Source of the DNA: Candidatus Latescibacterota bacterium
GTDB taxonomy: Bacteria; Latescibacterota; UBA2968; UBA8231
NCBI GenBank assembly: GCA_964291625.2
Contig: OZ220089.1
Span: 448,001 to 512,000 of the forward strand
Length of the DNA stretch: 64,000 nt
Direction: 5' to 3'
Under the pieces are notes generated by a model, which did no database searches, had not been told where the DNA came from, and was given only the letters and a program-made list of their open reading frames with translations. The position numbers were made by a program, and so were the translations under genes. The stretch's first letter is position 1; every line of letters starts with the position of its first letter. Shown here in pieces: positions 19,421 to 31,310 of this stretch.

Positions 19421-20158
19421 ATGTCAGGAATCGAACCCGCATCCCGATTGACCCGCCTGGACGGTGCCAGGATCGGACTTCTGGACCCGGGAAAGCGTAC
19501 TACAGGAGCCATTCTCGAGGCGGTCGGGGAGCGGCTCGCAGCAGAGCACGACGCGCACCCGGTCGGGCCCTGGAGAAAGTCATCCCCCTACCGCGTCTGC
19601 ACGAAGAAACTGCTGGAGGAAGTGGTTCCCCGGTGCGACGCGCTCGTCATGGGGGTCGTGGACTGATGCGGCGCAAGCTCGTGCAGTTTGCACGACATGC
19701 TGGAGTTCGAGCTGAGAGGCATTCCGACCGCCTACATCACGGCCGCGGGAAGGGTTCCACGGATCGAGCGTGATGGCGACGGGTTCAGCCTGTCCCACGC
19801 GACAGGGAGCTACCTGGTCGAGGGATGGGAGGACCCCGGTCCGCAGTCGGACAAGGTGCATCGGAGGCTGATGCACTTCGGAGTACACCGCAGGATGAGG
19901 ATGTGCGGTGTGGAGGAGGGGGACCGGGTCCGCTACGGCGGCAGGGACCTGCGATGGGAGTATCCTCGAGAGGAACAGGAAGCCCGGTTCAGGCCTCCCG
20001 GAGCCGGCGCCTGGTCGAGCCCCCTTGACGGCGTCGCAGGCTACAGGTGGATCGAGCTGCGCGCCTTTTCCCTGCCCGTGGAAGGCGATGAGTTCGAGGA
20101 AAGCGTGGAGGAGGCCGTCCCCCAGGTGGTGTCGATTCTGACAGGTGGAGGGACGTGA
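19421..20158 (+). CDS. UGSC-family-like selenoprotein (in-frame UGA at 19664-19666 read as Sec) with an inserted Obg-C-terminal-like domain
   Basis: ORFs 19421-19666 and 19688-20158 are in the same frame; the joined read is GVVD-U-CGASSCSLHD...ELRGIPT; SECIS-like hairpin 12 nt after the UGA. Confidence 0.8.
19679..19695 (+). promoter_or_regulatory. Bacterial SECIS element
   Basis: TCGTGCA-GTT-TGCACGA: perfect 7-bp stem, loop beginning GU; resembles the E. coli fdhF SECIS core in sequence and spacing. Confidence 0.75.
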
Positions 20159-20205
20159 GTTCGCGATCCGCCGGCCGATCGCCTCGGGGCCGTCGCCAAT
20201 CCTGG

Positions 20206-23408
<3,203 letters not shown>

Positions 23409-23423
23409 CAGGGGCGAGTCTTC

Positions 23424-23464
23424 GGGGTGGGGCCCTCGGTGGGGCTCCGCCCCGTTGCTTTGTT
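23424..23464 (+). terminator. Possible intrinsic terminator after katG
   Basis: GGGGTGGGGCCC...GGGCTCCGCCCC hairpin (with G-U pairs) followed by GTTGCTTTGTT. Confidence 0.45.
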
Positions 23465-23473
23465 GCCGACCCG

Positions 23474-23896
23474 ATGATGCCCACTGCCCGTGAAACGGTG
23501 CAGGCATACTTCGACTCCCTCGTCATGGGAGATGCGGAAGCCCTCACGGCCTTGATGCTCCCTGCCTCCCACTTCGTCAAGATCGGCACCGATGCCGGCG
23601 AGGTTGTCGAGGGAAGCGCCGGGATCGCGGCGTACTACCGGGACCACGCGGCGAGCACGGAGGACTTCCGCATCGAGTTCATCACTCTCGACGTGCAGGA
23701 ACGGGATGGCGTCGCGTGGTTCTGCACGCGTCAGGTCTGGCGGCTCAAGTGGCAAGGCGCGAAGGAGGAGTTCGTGATGCGAATGACGGGCGTCCTCGAG
23801 AGAGCCGGCGAGTCCTGGATGTTTGCCCAGATACACGCCTCGATCGGTGTTCCCGGGTCGGCATGGGTCGAGACCGCAGCACGAGAGCCCGGCTGA
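23474..23896 (+). CDS. NTF2/SnoaL-like protein
   Basis: IGTDAGE...G, GVAW, RMTGVL...W...QIHAS motifs. Confidence 0.82.
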   Translation: MMPTARETVQAYFDSLVMGDAEALTALMLPASHFVKIGTDAGEVVEGSAGIAAYYRDHAASTEDFRIEFITLDVQERDGVAWFCTRQVWRLKWQGAKEEFVMRMTGVLERAGESWMFAQIHASIGVPGSAWVETAAREPG

Positions 23897-23906
23897 GAGG
23901 GACTCC

Positions 23907-26258
23907 ATGGAACTGATCGAGAACGACTACTGGTGGAAGAGCCTGATCCTCGACTGCCCCGAGGACGCGGGGGACCTGACGGCGCGGGTCCAGGTGCGCC
24001 AGCCCCAGGGATACGCGCAGGAGCTGACGGTGGACGAGGTCGAGGTGGGCGGCGGCAAGGCCCGCGTCCCCATCCTCTATCCGCTCGTGGACGACGGGCG
24101 CTACGACCCCAAGCCCGACTTCTGGCAGGAAGGCTGGCTCATGGGGGAGTACCGCTTCGACGTGCAGCTCATGGCCGGGGACCGCATGGTCGCCGCCGAG
24201 TCCATGGCCCTCGACCCCAGGGGCTTCTTCCCCTCCGACCGCTGGCTCATCGCCGTCGACGCCCGGCCGCAGATCATCGAGTGCGCGCCCCGGCAGGCCC
24301 TGTTCGTCGACGAGGACGAGGCCCGCTTCCTCTACCGCATCCGCCGTCACCGGGTCAGCCGCTGCGAGGTGGAGGTGGACGTCACCACCCGCGAAGGCAC
24401 CGTCCCCCTGGCCGGCCCCTGGCGCCTGGACCTGACCCACGAGCTGCAGGAGCACTCCTTCTCCATCGCCGGGTGGGGCACCGGCGAGTACTGGATCCGC
24501 CTGCGGCCGCTGGTGGAGGGCGAGCCCGTGGGCCCCTGGTGCGTGCGCAAGCTCTGGAGGCAGGTCGACGCCGGGCCGGCGCCGCCGGAGGTGCTGGAGC
24601 TGGCCGGCTATCCCGAGGTGCTGGTCGACGACTACAGCTTCGACGAGGTCGAGGGGGTGCAGTTCGTCCCCGACACCCTGGACAAGAGCCCCGGGCCCCT
24701 GGCGGCCACCACCGAGCCCCACGACGAGGAGATGCTGCGCATCGAGTCCATCGCCTGGAAGGAGGAGGCCGGGCGCTACGAGGTGGTCTACGCAAACAGC
24801 GGCGGGCGGGTCGAGCGCAAGGAGAGGCGCGAGGAGCTCGGCCGCCTGCGCATGCTGCAGGTCAGCGAGGACGGCGAGAGCTGGGAGAAGCCGGCCCTCG
24901 GCCTCGTGGAGTACGACGGCTCGACAGCGAACAACATCCTGAGCGACGAGCGCGAACCCACCCCGGCCGAAGAGGAGGCCGCCCACGCCCTGGAGCACGC
25001 CGAGTTCCGCTTCTACGACGCCGAGAGGGACGGCCCCGTGGACCTGGACCGCGTTTTCATCGCCTCGGCCAAGGAGGACTTCCCCTTCGACTGCAGGAGC
25101 CTGCAGGACCAGGACGCCGACGAGGAGAGCGAGGTCTTCCGCCCCACCAGGGGGGAGTTCTGGTCCCTCGAGCAGCGCGGCGACCTCTACCTCGTGCTCA
25201 CGCGGGAGCCGGTCCTCTATCTCGGCGTCGGCATGGACCTGATGCACACGAGCGAGACGATCCGCTGCCACGTGGAGGAGTCGGACGGCGGGCGCCTGCA
25301 CTTCTACTTCCGCCCCGCCTCGCCCGCCTACCTGCCCCACGGCGTCACCTACGACAACATGCACCTGGCCCTGCGCTGCCTGGCCGTCATGTCCACCGCC
25401 GACGGCATCACCTGGGAGCGCCGCTTCGTCCTGGGGCCCGACGGCCACGACCGCCTGGGCTCCCAGTTCTACGCCATGGGGCTCCTGCAGCGCTTCGGCA
25501 CCACGGGCGACGCCCCGGGCCGGAGCGTGCTGGGCAGGGGGAAGCACAAGATCAACCAGGCCTTCCCGCGGCGGAACCTCTACCTCGGCTCGGTGCTGCT
25601 CCACTGGGGGATCGAGCAGACCCAGGAGCCGGAGCTGATCTGGACCCGCGACCTGCTGCACTTCAAGCGCTTCACCCGCCAACGGCGCAGCCTCATCGAG
25701 TCCAACGGCCCGGGCACCTACGACTTCGGCATGATCCGCGACCACTACAAGTACAGCGAGTTCGGCGGCCAGTGGTGGTACTACTACACGGCGATCAACA
25801 CGCGCCACAACGGCTACGGGATCATGGCGCGGGAGACGGACCTGGACGACCTCCGCCGCAGGCGCCCCAACCACGCCGAGGCCCCCTACTTCACCACCTG
25901 GGAGGGCTACTGGGCCGACGGCAAGCAGACGAAGTACCAGCCGGCCTGCGCCCGCTGCCGGCCCTTCCGCCTGGCCCACGCCGAGCCCGTCGACGGGAGG
26001 GGCCGCCTCGTCACCCGCCCCATCCGCGTGGACGGCGACGAGCTGCGCCTGAACGCGGCCACCGGGGGCGGCTCCATCCAGGTGGAGGTGACCGACGAGG
26101 CGGGCGAGCCCCTGGGGCCGGAGCCGGCGGTCTTCCGCGGCGACGAGGTGGACGCCGTGGTCGCCGACCTGGGCCCCTGGCGCGGACGGGCCGTGCGCCT
26201 GCGGTTCACCCTCGACCGGGCCCGCCTCTACGCCTTCCGGATCGCCTCGCGGGAGTGA
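23907..26258 (+). CDS. Hypothetical glycosidase-like beta-propeller protein with N-terminal extension
   Basis: SEDGESWEKPALGLVEYDGSTANNI and STADGITW Asp-box-like motifs; C-terminal GRLVTRP...LRLNA module. Confidence 0.65.
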   Translation: MELIENDYWWKSLILDCPEDAGDLTARVQVRQPQGYAQELTVDEVEVGGGKARVPILYPLVDDGRYDPKPDFWQEGWLMGEYRFDVQLMAGDRMVAAESMALDPRGFFPSDRWLIAVDARPQIIECAPRQALFVDEDEARFLYRIRRHRVSRCEVEVDVTTREGTVPLAGPWRLDLTHELQEHSFSIAGWGTGEYWIRLRPLVEGEPVGPWCVRKLWRQVDAGPAPPEVLELAGYPEVLVDDYSFDEVEGVQFVPDTLDKSPGPLAATTEPHDEEMLRIESIAWKEEAGRYEVVYANSGGRVERKERREELGRLRMLQVSEDGESWEKPALGLVEYDGSTANNILSDEREPTPAEEEAAHALEHAEFRFYDAERDGPVDLDRVFIASAKEDFPFDCRSLQDQDADEESEVFRPTRGEFWSLEQRGDLYLVLTREPVLYLGVGMDLMHTSETIRCHVEESDGGRLHFYFRPASPAYLPHGVTYDNMHLALRCLAVMSTADGITWERRFVLGPDGHDRLGSQFYAMGLLQRFGTTGDAPGRSVLGRGKHKINQAFPRRNLYLGSVLLHWGIEQTQEPELIWTRDLLHFKRFTRQRRSLIESNGPGTYDFGMIRDHYKYSEFGGQWWYYYTAINTRHNGYGIMARETDLDDLRRRRPNHAEAPYFTTWEGYWADGKQTKYQPACARCRPFRLAHAEPVDGRGRLVTRPIRVDGDELRLNAATGGGSIQVEVTDEAGEPLGPEPAVFRGDEVDAVVADLGPWRGRAVRLRFTLDRARLYAFRIASRE

Positions 26259-27466
26259 CGACGGTGGCGTCAGCCGACGGGGCGCCGGACCGGGATGTGG
26301 TCCTCACCCTGGACCACGGCGTGCTCCTCATGCACGACCCCCGGGCCGCGGAGGCCGCCTTCATCGACGAGATCTTCGAGAAGGCCCGCCGCCGCGGCAT
26401 CGGGACGATCCTCTGGCGGACCCTGGCCGGAGCTCGTGGACCCTACCGCAGCCGCTCGGTCCCGACCATGGCCGACCAGTCCGCGTCCTGGGAGCAACTG
26501 CTGGGGGGCATGGACCCCCTCCAGGCCGCCGTCGACAGCGCCCGGCGCCACAGTCTCCGCCTCTTCGCCTGGGCGACCCTGCAGGACTTCCACATCGTCC
26601 GCGACTGGGGCGTGCGCAACACCTCCCCCTTCTTCGACGAGCGCCCCCACCTCTACTGGTCCGGCGTCGACGGCACGAGCCGCCACCCCGGCATCCCCTG
26701 CTACGCCTACGAGGAGGCCCGGCGCTACTACCTGGACCACCTCGAGGAGGTGCGGGAGTACGGCGTGGACGGCCTCTTCGTCTGCTTCCGCAGCCACGCC
26801 GGCGAGCCGGCCGAGGACGACGCCTTCGGGTACAACCCGCCCTGGCTCGAACAGCTGCGCCGGGAGACCGGGGTCGACGCCCCGCCCGGGCGCATCCGCG
26901 AGCTGCCCTGGCTGGCCTGGCGCCTGCAGAAGATCCGCGGCGACTCGTACACGCTGCTGTTGCGGGAGATCCGCGAGGCGGCCGGGTCCCTGCCCGTATG
27001 GGTGAGCACCTCGGAGGAGCCGGACATCCTCATCGCCGGCCACTCGGAGAAGGAGAACCCCGGCCGCGCCCTGCACAGGGCCCGCCTCGACCTAGGCCGC
27101 TGGTGCCGGGAGGACCTGGTGGACGCGGTGGTGGTCGTCACCAGCCGCCTCAACCCGTGCGACCCGTCTGTGGCCGAGGTCTGGCGCGACACGACGGCGC
27201 GCTCCGGCAAGAAGCTCTACACCTGGCTGAACATGATCTGCCACTTCCACGACGGGGAGGGCCGGCTCGCCAAGCGGACCCCGACGCCGGCGGAGCTGCG
27301 CGGCATCGTCCGGAGTGCGGGGGACTGCCGCATCGACGGGCTGGTGCTGCACGAGACGGCGGACCTGGAGACCTCCTACCGGAGGGTGGTCGTCGACGGC
27401 GAGAGACAGGTGGTCAACGAACCCCATGCGGACCCCGAGGCCCAGTGGGACGCCCTCGCACCTTGA
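26255..27466 (+). CDS. Glycosyl-hydrolase-like 10 (TIM-barrel) family protein
   Basis: GIGTILWR, DPLQAAVDSARRH.LRLFAW, YGVDGL, FGYN; GTGA overlap. Confidence 0.6.
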   Translation: MTTVASADGAPDRDVVLTLDHGVLLMHDPRAAEAAFIDEIFEKARRRGIGTILWRTLAGARGPYRSRSVPTMADQSASWEQLLGGMDPLQAAVDSARRHSLRLFAWATLQDFHIVRDWGVRNTSPFFDERPHLYWSGVDGTSRHPGIPCYAYEEARRYYLDHLEEVREYGVDGLFVCFRSHAGEPAEDDAFGYNPPWLEQLRRETGVDAPPGRIRELPWLAWRLQKIRGDSYTLLLREIREAAGSLPVWVSTSEEPDILIAGHSEKENPGRALHRARLDLGRWCREDLVDAVVVVTSRLNPCDPSVAEVWRDTTARSGKKLYTWLNMICHFHDGEGRLAKRTPTPAELRGIVRSAGDCRIDGLVLHETADLETSYRRVVVDGERQVVNEPHADPEAQWDALAP

Positions 27467-30400
27467 ACAAGGCAGCGACGCTGGGCCTGCTCGGTGCCCT
27501 GGCCCTCGCCGCCTGTGGCCGCGACTCTCCGGTGGTCGGCCCAGGCAGGGGAGGGGAAGCAGGGTTCGCCATCCCCGATGCCAGGCTGCGCGCGGCCGTT
27601 GCGGGCGCCCTCGGCAAGTCGGGAAAGACGCCGATCACCGTCGATGAGATGGCGTCTCTGACGCGCCTCGACGCACCCAACTCAGGCATTCGCGATCTGA
27701 CCGGGCTCGAATTCGCAACCAGCCTGACGCGGCTGAATCTTGGTACAGACAAGGTGGATGGGGAATATGCGAACAGCAACGACATATCCGACCTGACGCC
27801 GCTGGCCGGCCTCAACAACCTGACACGGCTGATCCTTACCAGCACCGGTGTCGCGGACCTGGCGCCTCTCGCCGGCCTGACCAACCTGACACGCCTGTTT
27901 CTGGGCGACAACTCCATTGCGGATCTGACGCCTCTCGCCGGACTGACCAATCTGACCGACCTGTGGCTCTGGGATAACGATCTCTCGGACTTGACGCCTC
28001 TTGCAGGGCTGACCAACCTGACAAGGCTGGAGCTCTCCAGCACCGGTGTCTCGGATCTGACGCCTCTCGCCGGACTGACCAACCTGACGGAACTGTGGGT
28101 TGGCGATAACGCCCTGACGGACTTGACGCCCCTCGCCGGGCTGACCAGCCTCACATGGCTGTTCCTCTCCGACAACCGCGTCTCGGACCTCACACCCCTT
28201 GCGGGGCTGACCGACCTGACGACGCTGGAGCTCAGCGACAACTCCATTGCGGACCTGATGCCCCTTGACGGGCTGACAGACCTGACCGAACTGCGGCTCC
28301 AGAACAACAGCATCTCGGACCTCACCCCCCTCGCCGGGCTGATCAACCTGGCAACCCTGTGGCTCGGCGACAACGCAATCACCGATGTGACGCCCCTGGC
28401 CGGGCTGACCAACCTGATCGAGCTGCGCCTCGAGAACAACCACATCTCCGATCTCGCGCCACTGGTGGAGAATGCGGGACTTGGTTTTGCGAATTGGATA
28501 GATGTGCGGGGCAACCCGTTGAGCGATGAATCGATCAACACGCACATTCCAGCCCTTCAGGCCAGAGGGGTGATCAGCGACGGCGATGGTGGGGAGACGC
28601 CCCTTGCCATTCCCGACGCCAGACTGCGCGCGGCCATTGCCAACGAACTCGGCAAGGCAGGAAACGATCCCATCACCGCCCGTGAGATGACGGATCTGAC
28701 TCACCTTTTCGCGCTCGAGTCGGACATTGGCGAGTTGACCGGGCTCGAGTATGCGATCAACCTGACAGGACTGCAGCTCTATGGCAACCGCGTCTCGGAT
28801 CTGACGCCTCTGACCGGACTGACCAACCTGAGAGAGCTGCATCTCCGCCGCAACTCCATCAGGGACTTGACACCTCTCGCCGGGCTGACCAACCTGACCA
28901 AGCTTCTCCTTCGTGACAACGATGCTTCGAATCTATCACCCCTCGCCGGGCTGACCAACCTGACGACCCTGGAGCTTCGCGGCAACTCGATCTCCGAGTT
29001 ACCCTTCGGCCTGTTCGCAGGCTTCGCCAGCCTCGAGACGCTTGATCTGGCCAGCAACCCGGGTGCTCCCTTCGCGCTCACCCTCGAACTTGAACGCACG
29101 GACACGTCCAACCGGTTGGCGCCAGGTCCCGCTGGTGTTGTCGTCCGGCTGGCAGAGGGAGCCCCCTTCGAGATGACCGTACCGTTGTCGGTATACAACG
29201 GCTCGGTCTCTGTTGCCTCGCTCACCATCGGCGCCGGGGACACGACCAGCGCTCCTGCCCAGGTCACCGCGCCCGTCGGCTCGTCGACTGCGACCCATGT
29301 GGTCATGGACCATGCCCCCCTGGTTCCGAGCGGGTTCACGGGCCTCGAGATCCGCACCGGTGGCCCGCTGGAATTGTTCGCCGAGTCCGACGGACACTTT
29401 CCGGTTGCGGAAGAGATTCCCCCTCATGTCTTGCAAGTGGGGGGCCCGCAGGCGGTCCTGGACGTGGTCGAGTTCTTTTCGGACGCCGACGGCGATGAAC
29501 TGATGTACTCGGTGACGTCGAATGACGATGGCCTGGTTGGCACCCGGGTGAACGCGGGCGTGATGACCTTGAGCCCCCGCTCGGAAGGCCATGGCTCGGT
29601 TGTCGTCACCGCGACCGATCCCGGCGGCTTGGGCGTATCGCAAGAACTCTCCGTGACAGTTCTGCCGTCTCCGAACCCTCATTCGTTTGACATCGACCTC
29701 GTATTCGTCGGCGCCGCCACGGAAGAAACCCGTTCAGCGGCCCTCCAGATGGCAGAGCGCTGGACCGAAGTGATTACCGACGACCTGCGGGATGTTCCCG
29801 TGCCCGACAACACCGTCCACTGCCTGGGGGAGCATCGTTTCCATGGGACGGTAGATGACCTTGTGGTCTTCGTGGAGGTCGAGCCCCTCACTCATGGTTC
29901 GGGATTTGCAGGTCTGTGCCGGACGCGCGACAGGTACTCCGCAATGCAGTCAAGGAAGTACCATGGTTCCTCCCTGCCATATATGGGGCGCATCGTACTG
30001 GACACGGATCTGGTGGCCCGGGGTAGAAAGGCCTGGGGCAGAGAGTATCTGGCACACGTAATCCTGCACGAGATCGGGCATGCCCTGGGATTCGGGCCCT
30101 TGTGGCATGACTCCGGGTTTCTGCAGGACAGCGGCGGAGCCGACCCGCACTTCAACGGCCCACTCGCCATACGGGCATTCGACGCGGCCGGAGGCAGGAA
30201 CTACACGTCCGGCGCCAAGGTGCCCGTCTCGGCCGACGAAGGCCACTGGAGGTTCGGGGGCGAACTCATGGGTACTGGCACCGGCTCTGCCCTCAGCGCC
30301 ATCACGGTCCAGTCCTTCGCCGACCTCGGCTATGTCGTCGATGTCAGCCGGGCCGATCCGTTCCGGCTGTCAGGCACGGCCAAGCCGGCTGCGGGGCCCG

Positions 30401-30486
30401 GCCTCGATCTCCACGACGACATCCTCCGGGGGCCGATAGAGGGCGCCGACGAAGATGGGCACGTCGTCCGCGTGATACACCCATGA
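27463..30486 (+). CDS. Lipoprotein with internalin-like LRRs, Ig/cadherin-like domains and a leishmanolysin (M8)-like metalloprotease
   Basis: TTG start (TTGA overlap); lipobox LAAC; two IPDARLRAA caps; 22-aa LRRs; DADGDELMY; HEIGHALG...GHW...ELM. Confidence 0.88.
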   Translation: MNKAATLGLLGALALAACGRDSPVVGPGRGGEAGFAIPDARLRAAVAGALGKSGKTPITVDEMASLTRLDAPNSGIRDLTGLEFATSLTRLNLGTDKVDGEYANSNDISDLTPLAGLNNLTRLILTSTGVADLAPLAGLTNLTRLFLGDNSIADLTPLAGLTNLTDLWLWDNDLSDLTPLAGLTNLTRLELSSTGVSDLTPLAGLTNLTELWVGDNALTDLTPLAGLTSLTWLFLSDNRVSDLTPLAGLTDLTTLELSDNSIADLMPLDGLTDLTELRLQNNSISDLTPLAGLINLATLWLGDNAITDVTPLAGLTNLIELRLENNHISDLAPLVENAGLGFANWIDVRGNPLSDESINTHIPALQARGVISDGDGGETPLAIPDARLRAAIANELGKAGNDPITAREMTDLTHLFALESDIGELTGLEYAINLTGLQLYGNRVSDLTPLTGLTNLRELHLRRNSIRDLTPLAGLTNLTKLLLRDNDASNLSPLAGLTNLTTLELRGNSISELPFGLFAGFASLETLDLASNPGAPFALTLELERTDTSNRLAPGPAGVVVRLAEGAPFEMTVPLSVYNGSVSVASLTIGAGDTTSAPAQVTAPVGSSTATHVVMDHAPLVPSGFTGLEIRTGGPLELFAESDGHFPVAEEIPPHVLQVGGPQAVLDVVEFFSDADGDELMYSVTSNDDGLVGTRVNAGVMTLSPRSEGHGSVVVTATDPGGLGVSQELSVTVLPSPNPHSFDIDLVFVGAATEETRSAALQMAERWTEVITDDLRDVPVPDNTVHCLGEHRFHGTVDDLVVFVEVEPLTHGSGFAGLCRTRDRYSAMQSRKYHGSSLPYMGRIVLDTDLVARGRKAWGREYLAHVILHEIGHALGFGPLWHDSGFLQDSGGADPHFNGPLAIRAFDAAGGRNYTSGAKVPVSADEGHWRFGGELMGTGTGSALSAITVQSFADLGYVVDVSRADPFRLSGTAKPAAGPGLDLHDDILRGPIEGADEDGHVVRVIHP
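27784..28460 (+). repeat. 66-bp-period coding tandem repeat (about 10 LRR units); a shorter second block at ~28780-29000
   Basis: Recurring (I/V)SDLTPLAGLTNLTxLxLxxN. Confidence 0.9.
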
Positions 30487-30504
30487 AGGCCGGAGGAGCC
30501 TGAG

Positions 30505-31308
30505 ATGGACCAGCGCCTGAAGGACAAGATCGCCATCGTCACCGGCGCCGGGTCCGTGGGGCCCGGCTGGGGCAACGGCAAGGCCACGGCCGTGCTCTTC
30601 GCCCGCCACGGGGCCCGCGTCCTCGCCGCCGATATCAACCTGACCGCCGCCGACGAGACGCGGTCGATCATCGTGGGCGAGGGCGGACTCTGCATCTCCC
30701 ACGAGGCCGACGTCAGCCGCGGCGGCGACGTGGAGGCCATGGTCGAGCGCTGCCTGGCCGAGTACGGCCGCATCGACATCCTCCACAACAACGTGGGCAT
30801 CCTCGAGGTCGGCGGCTGCGTCGAGGCGAGCGAGGAGAGCTGGGACCGCGTCAACGAGGTCAACCTCAAGAGCGTCTTCCTCACCTGCAAGCACGTCCTG
30901 CCCCACATGGAGCGCCAGGGCGGGGGCGCCATCGTCAACATCTCCTCGGTGGCCGGCATCCGCTGGCTGGGCGTTCCCTATGTTTCCTACAGCGCCACCA
31001 AGGGCGCCGTGAACCAGCTCACCCGCAGCATCGCCATGCAGTACGCGAAGAAGAACATCCGCGCCAACGCCATCCTGCCCGGCTTCATGGAGACGCCCAT
31101 GGTCGTCCACTCCCTCTCGCAGACCTACTCCGGGGGCGACGTGGAGAAGATGGTGGAGATCCGCAACCAGCTCTGCCCCACCGGCAAGATGGGCGACGCC
31201 TGGGACGTGGCCCACGCCGCCCTCTACCTCGCCTCGGACGAGGCCCGCTACGTCACCGGCGCCGAGCTGGTCGTCGACGGCGGCCTGACCTGCTCCATCG
31301 GAGCCTGA
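30505..31308 (+). CDS. Short-chain dehydrogenase/reductase
   Basis: TGAGS...GNG, NNVGI, YSATK, VVDGG. Confidence 0.95.
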   Translation: MDQRLKDKIAIVTGAGSVGPGWGNGKATAVLFARHGARVLAADINLTAADETRSIIVGEGGLCISHEADVSRGGDVEAMVERCLAEYGRIDILHNNVGILEVGGCVEASEESWDRVNEVNLKSVFLTCKHVLPHMERQGGGAIVNISSVAGIRWLGVPYVSYSATKGAVNQLTRSIAMQYAKKNIRANAILPGFMETPMVVHSLSQTYSGGDVEKMVEIRNQLCPTGKMGDAWDVAHAALYLASDEARYVTGAELVVDGGLTCSIGA

Positions 31309-31310
31309 CC

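Noticed and set aside
27784-29000. Regular 66-bp repeats as a possible CRISPR array
   Set aside because: In-frame degenerate LRR-coding repeats with no unique spacers and no cas genes
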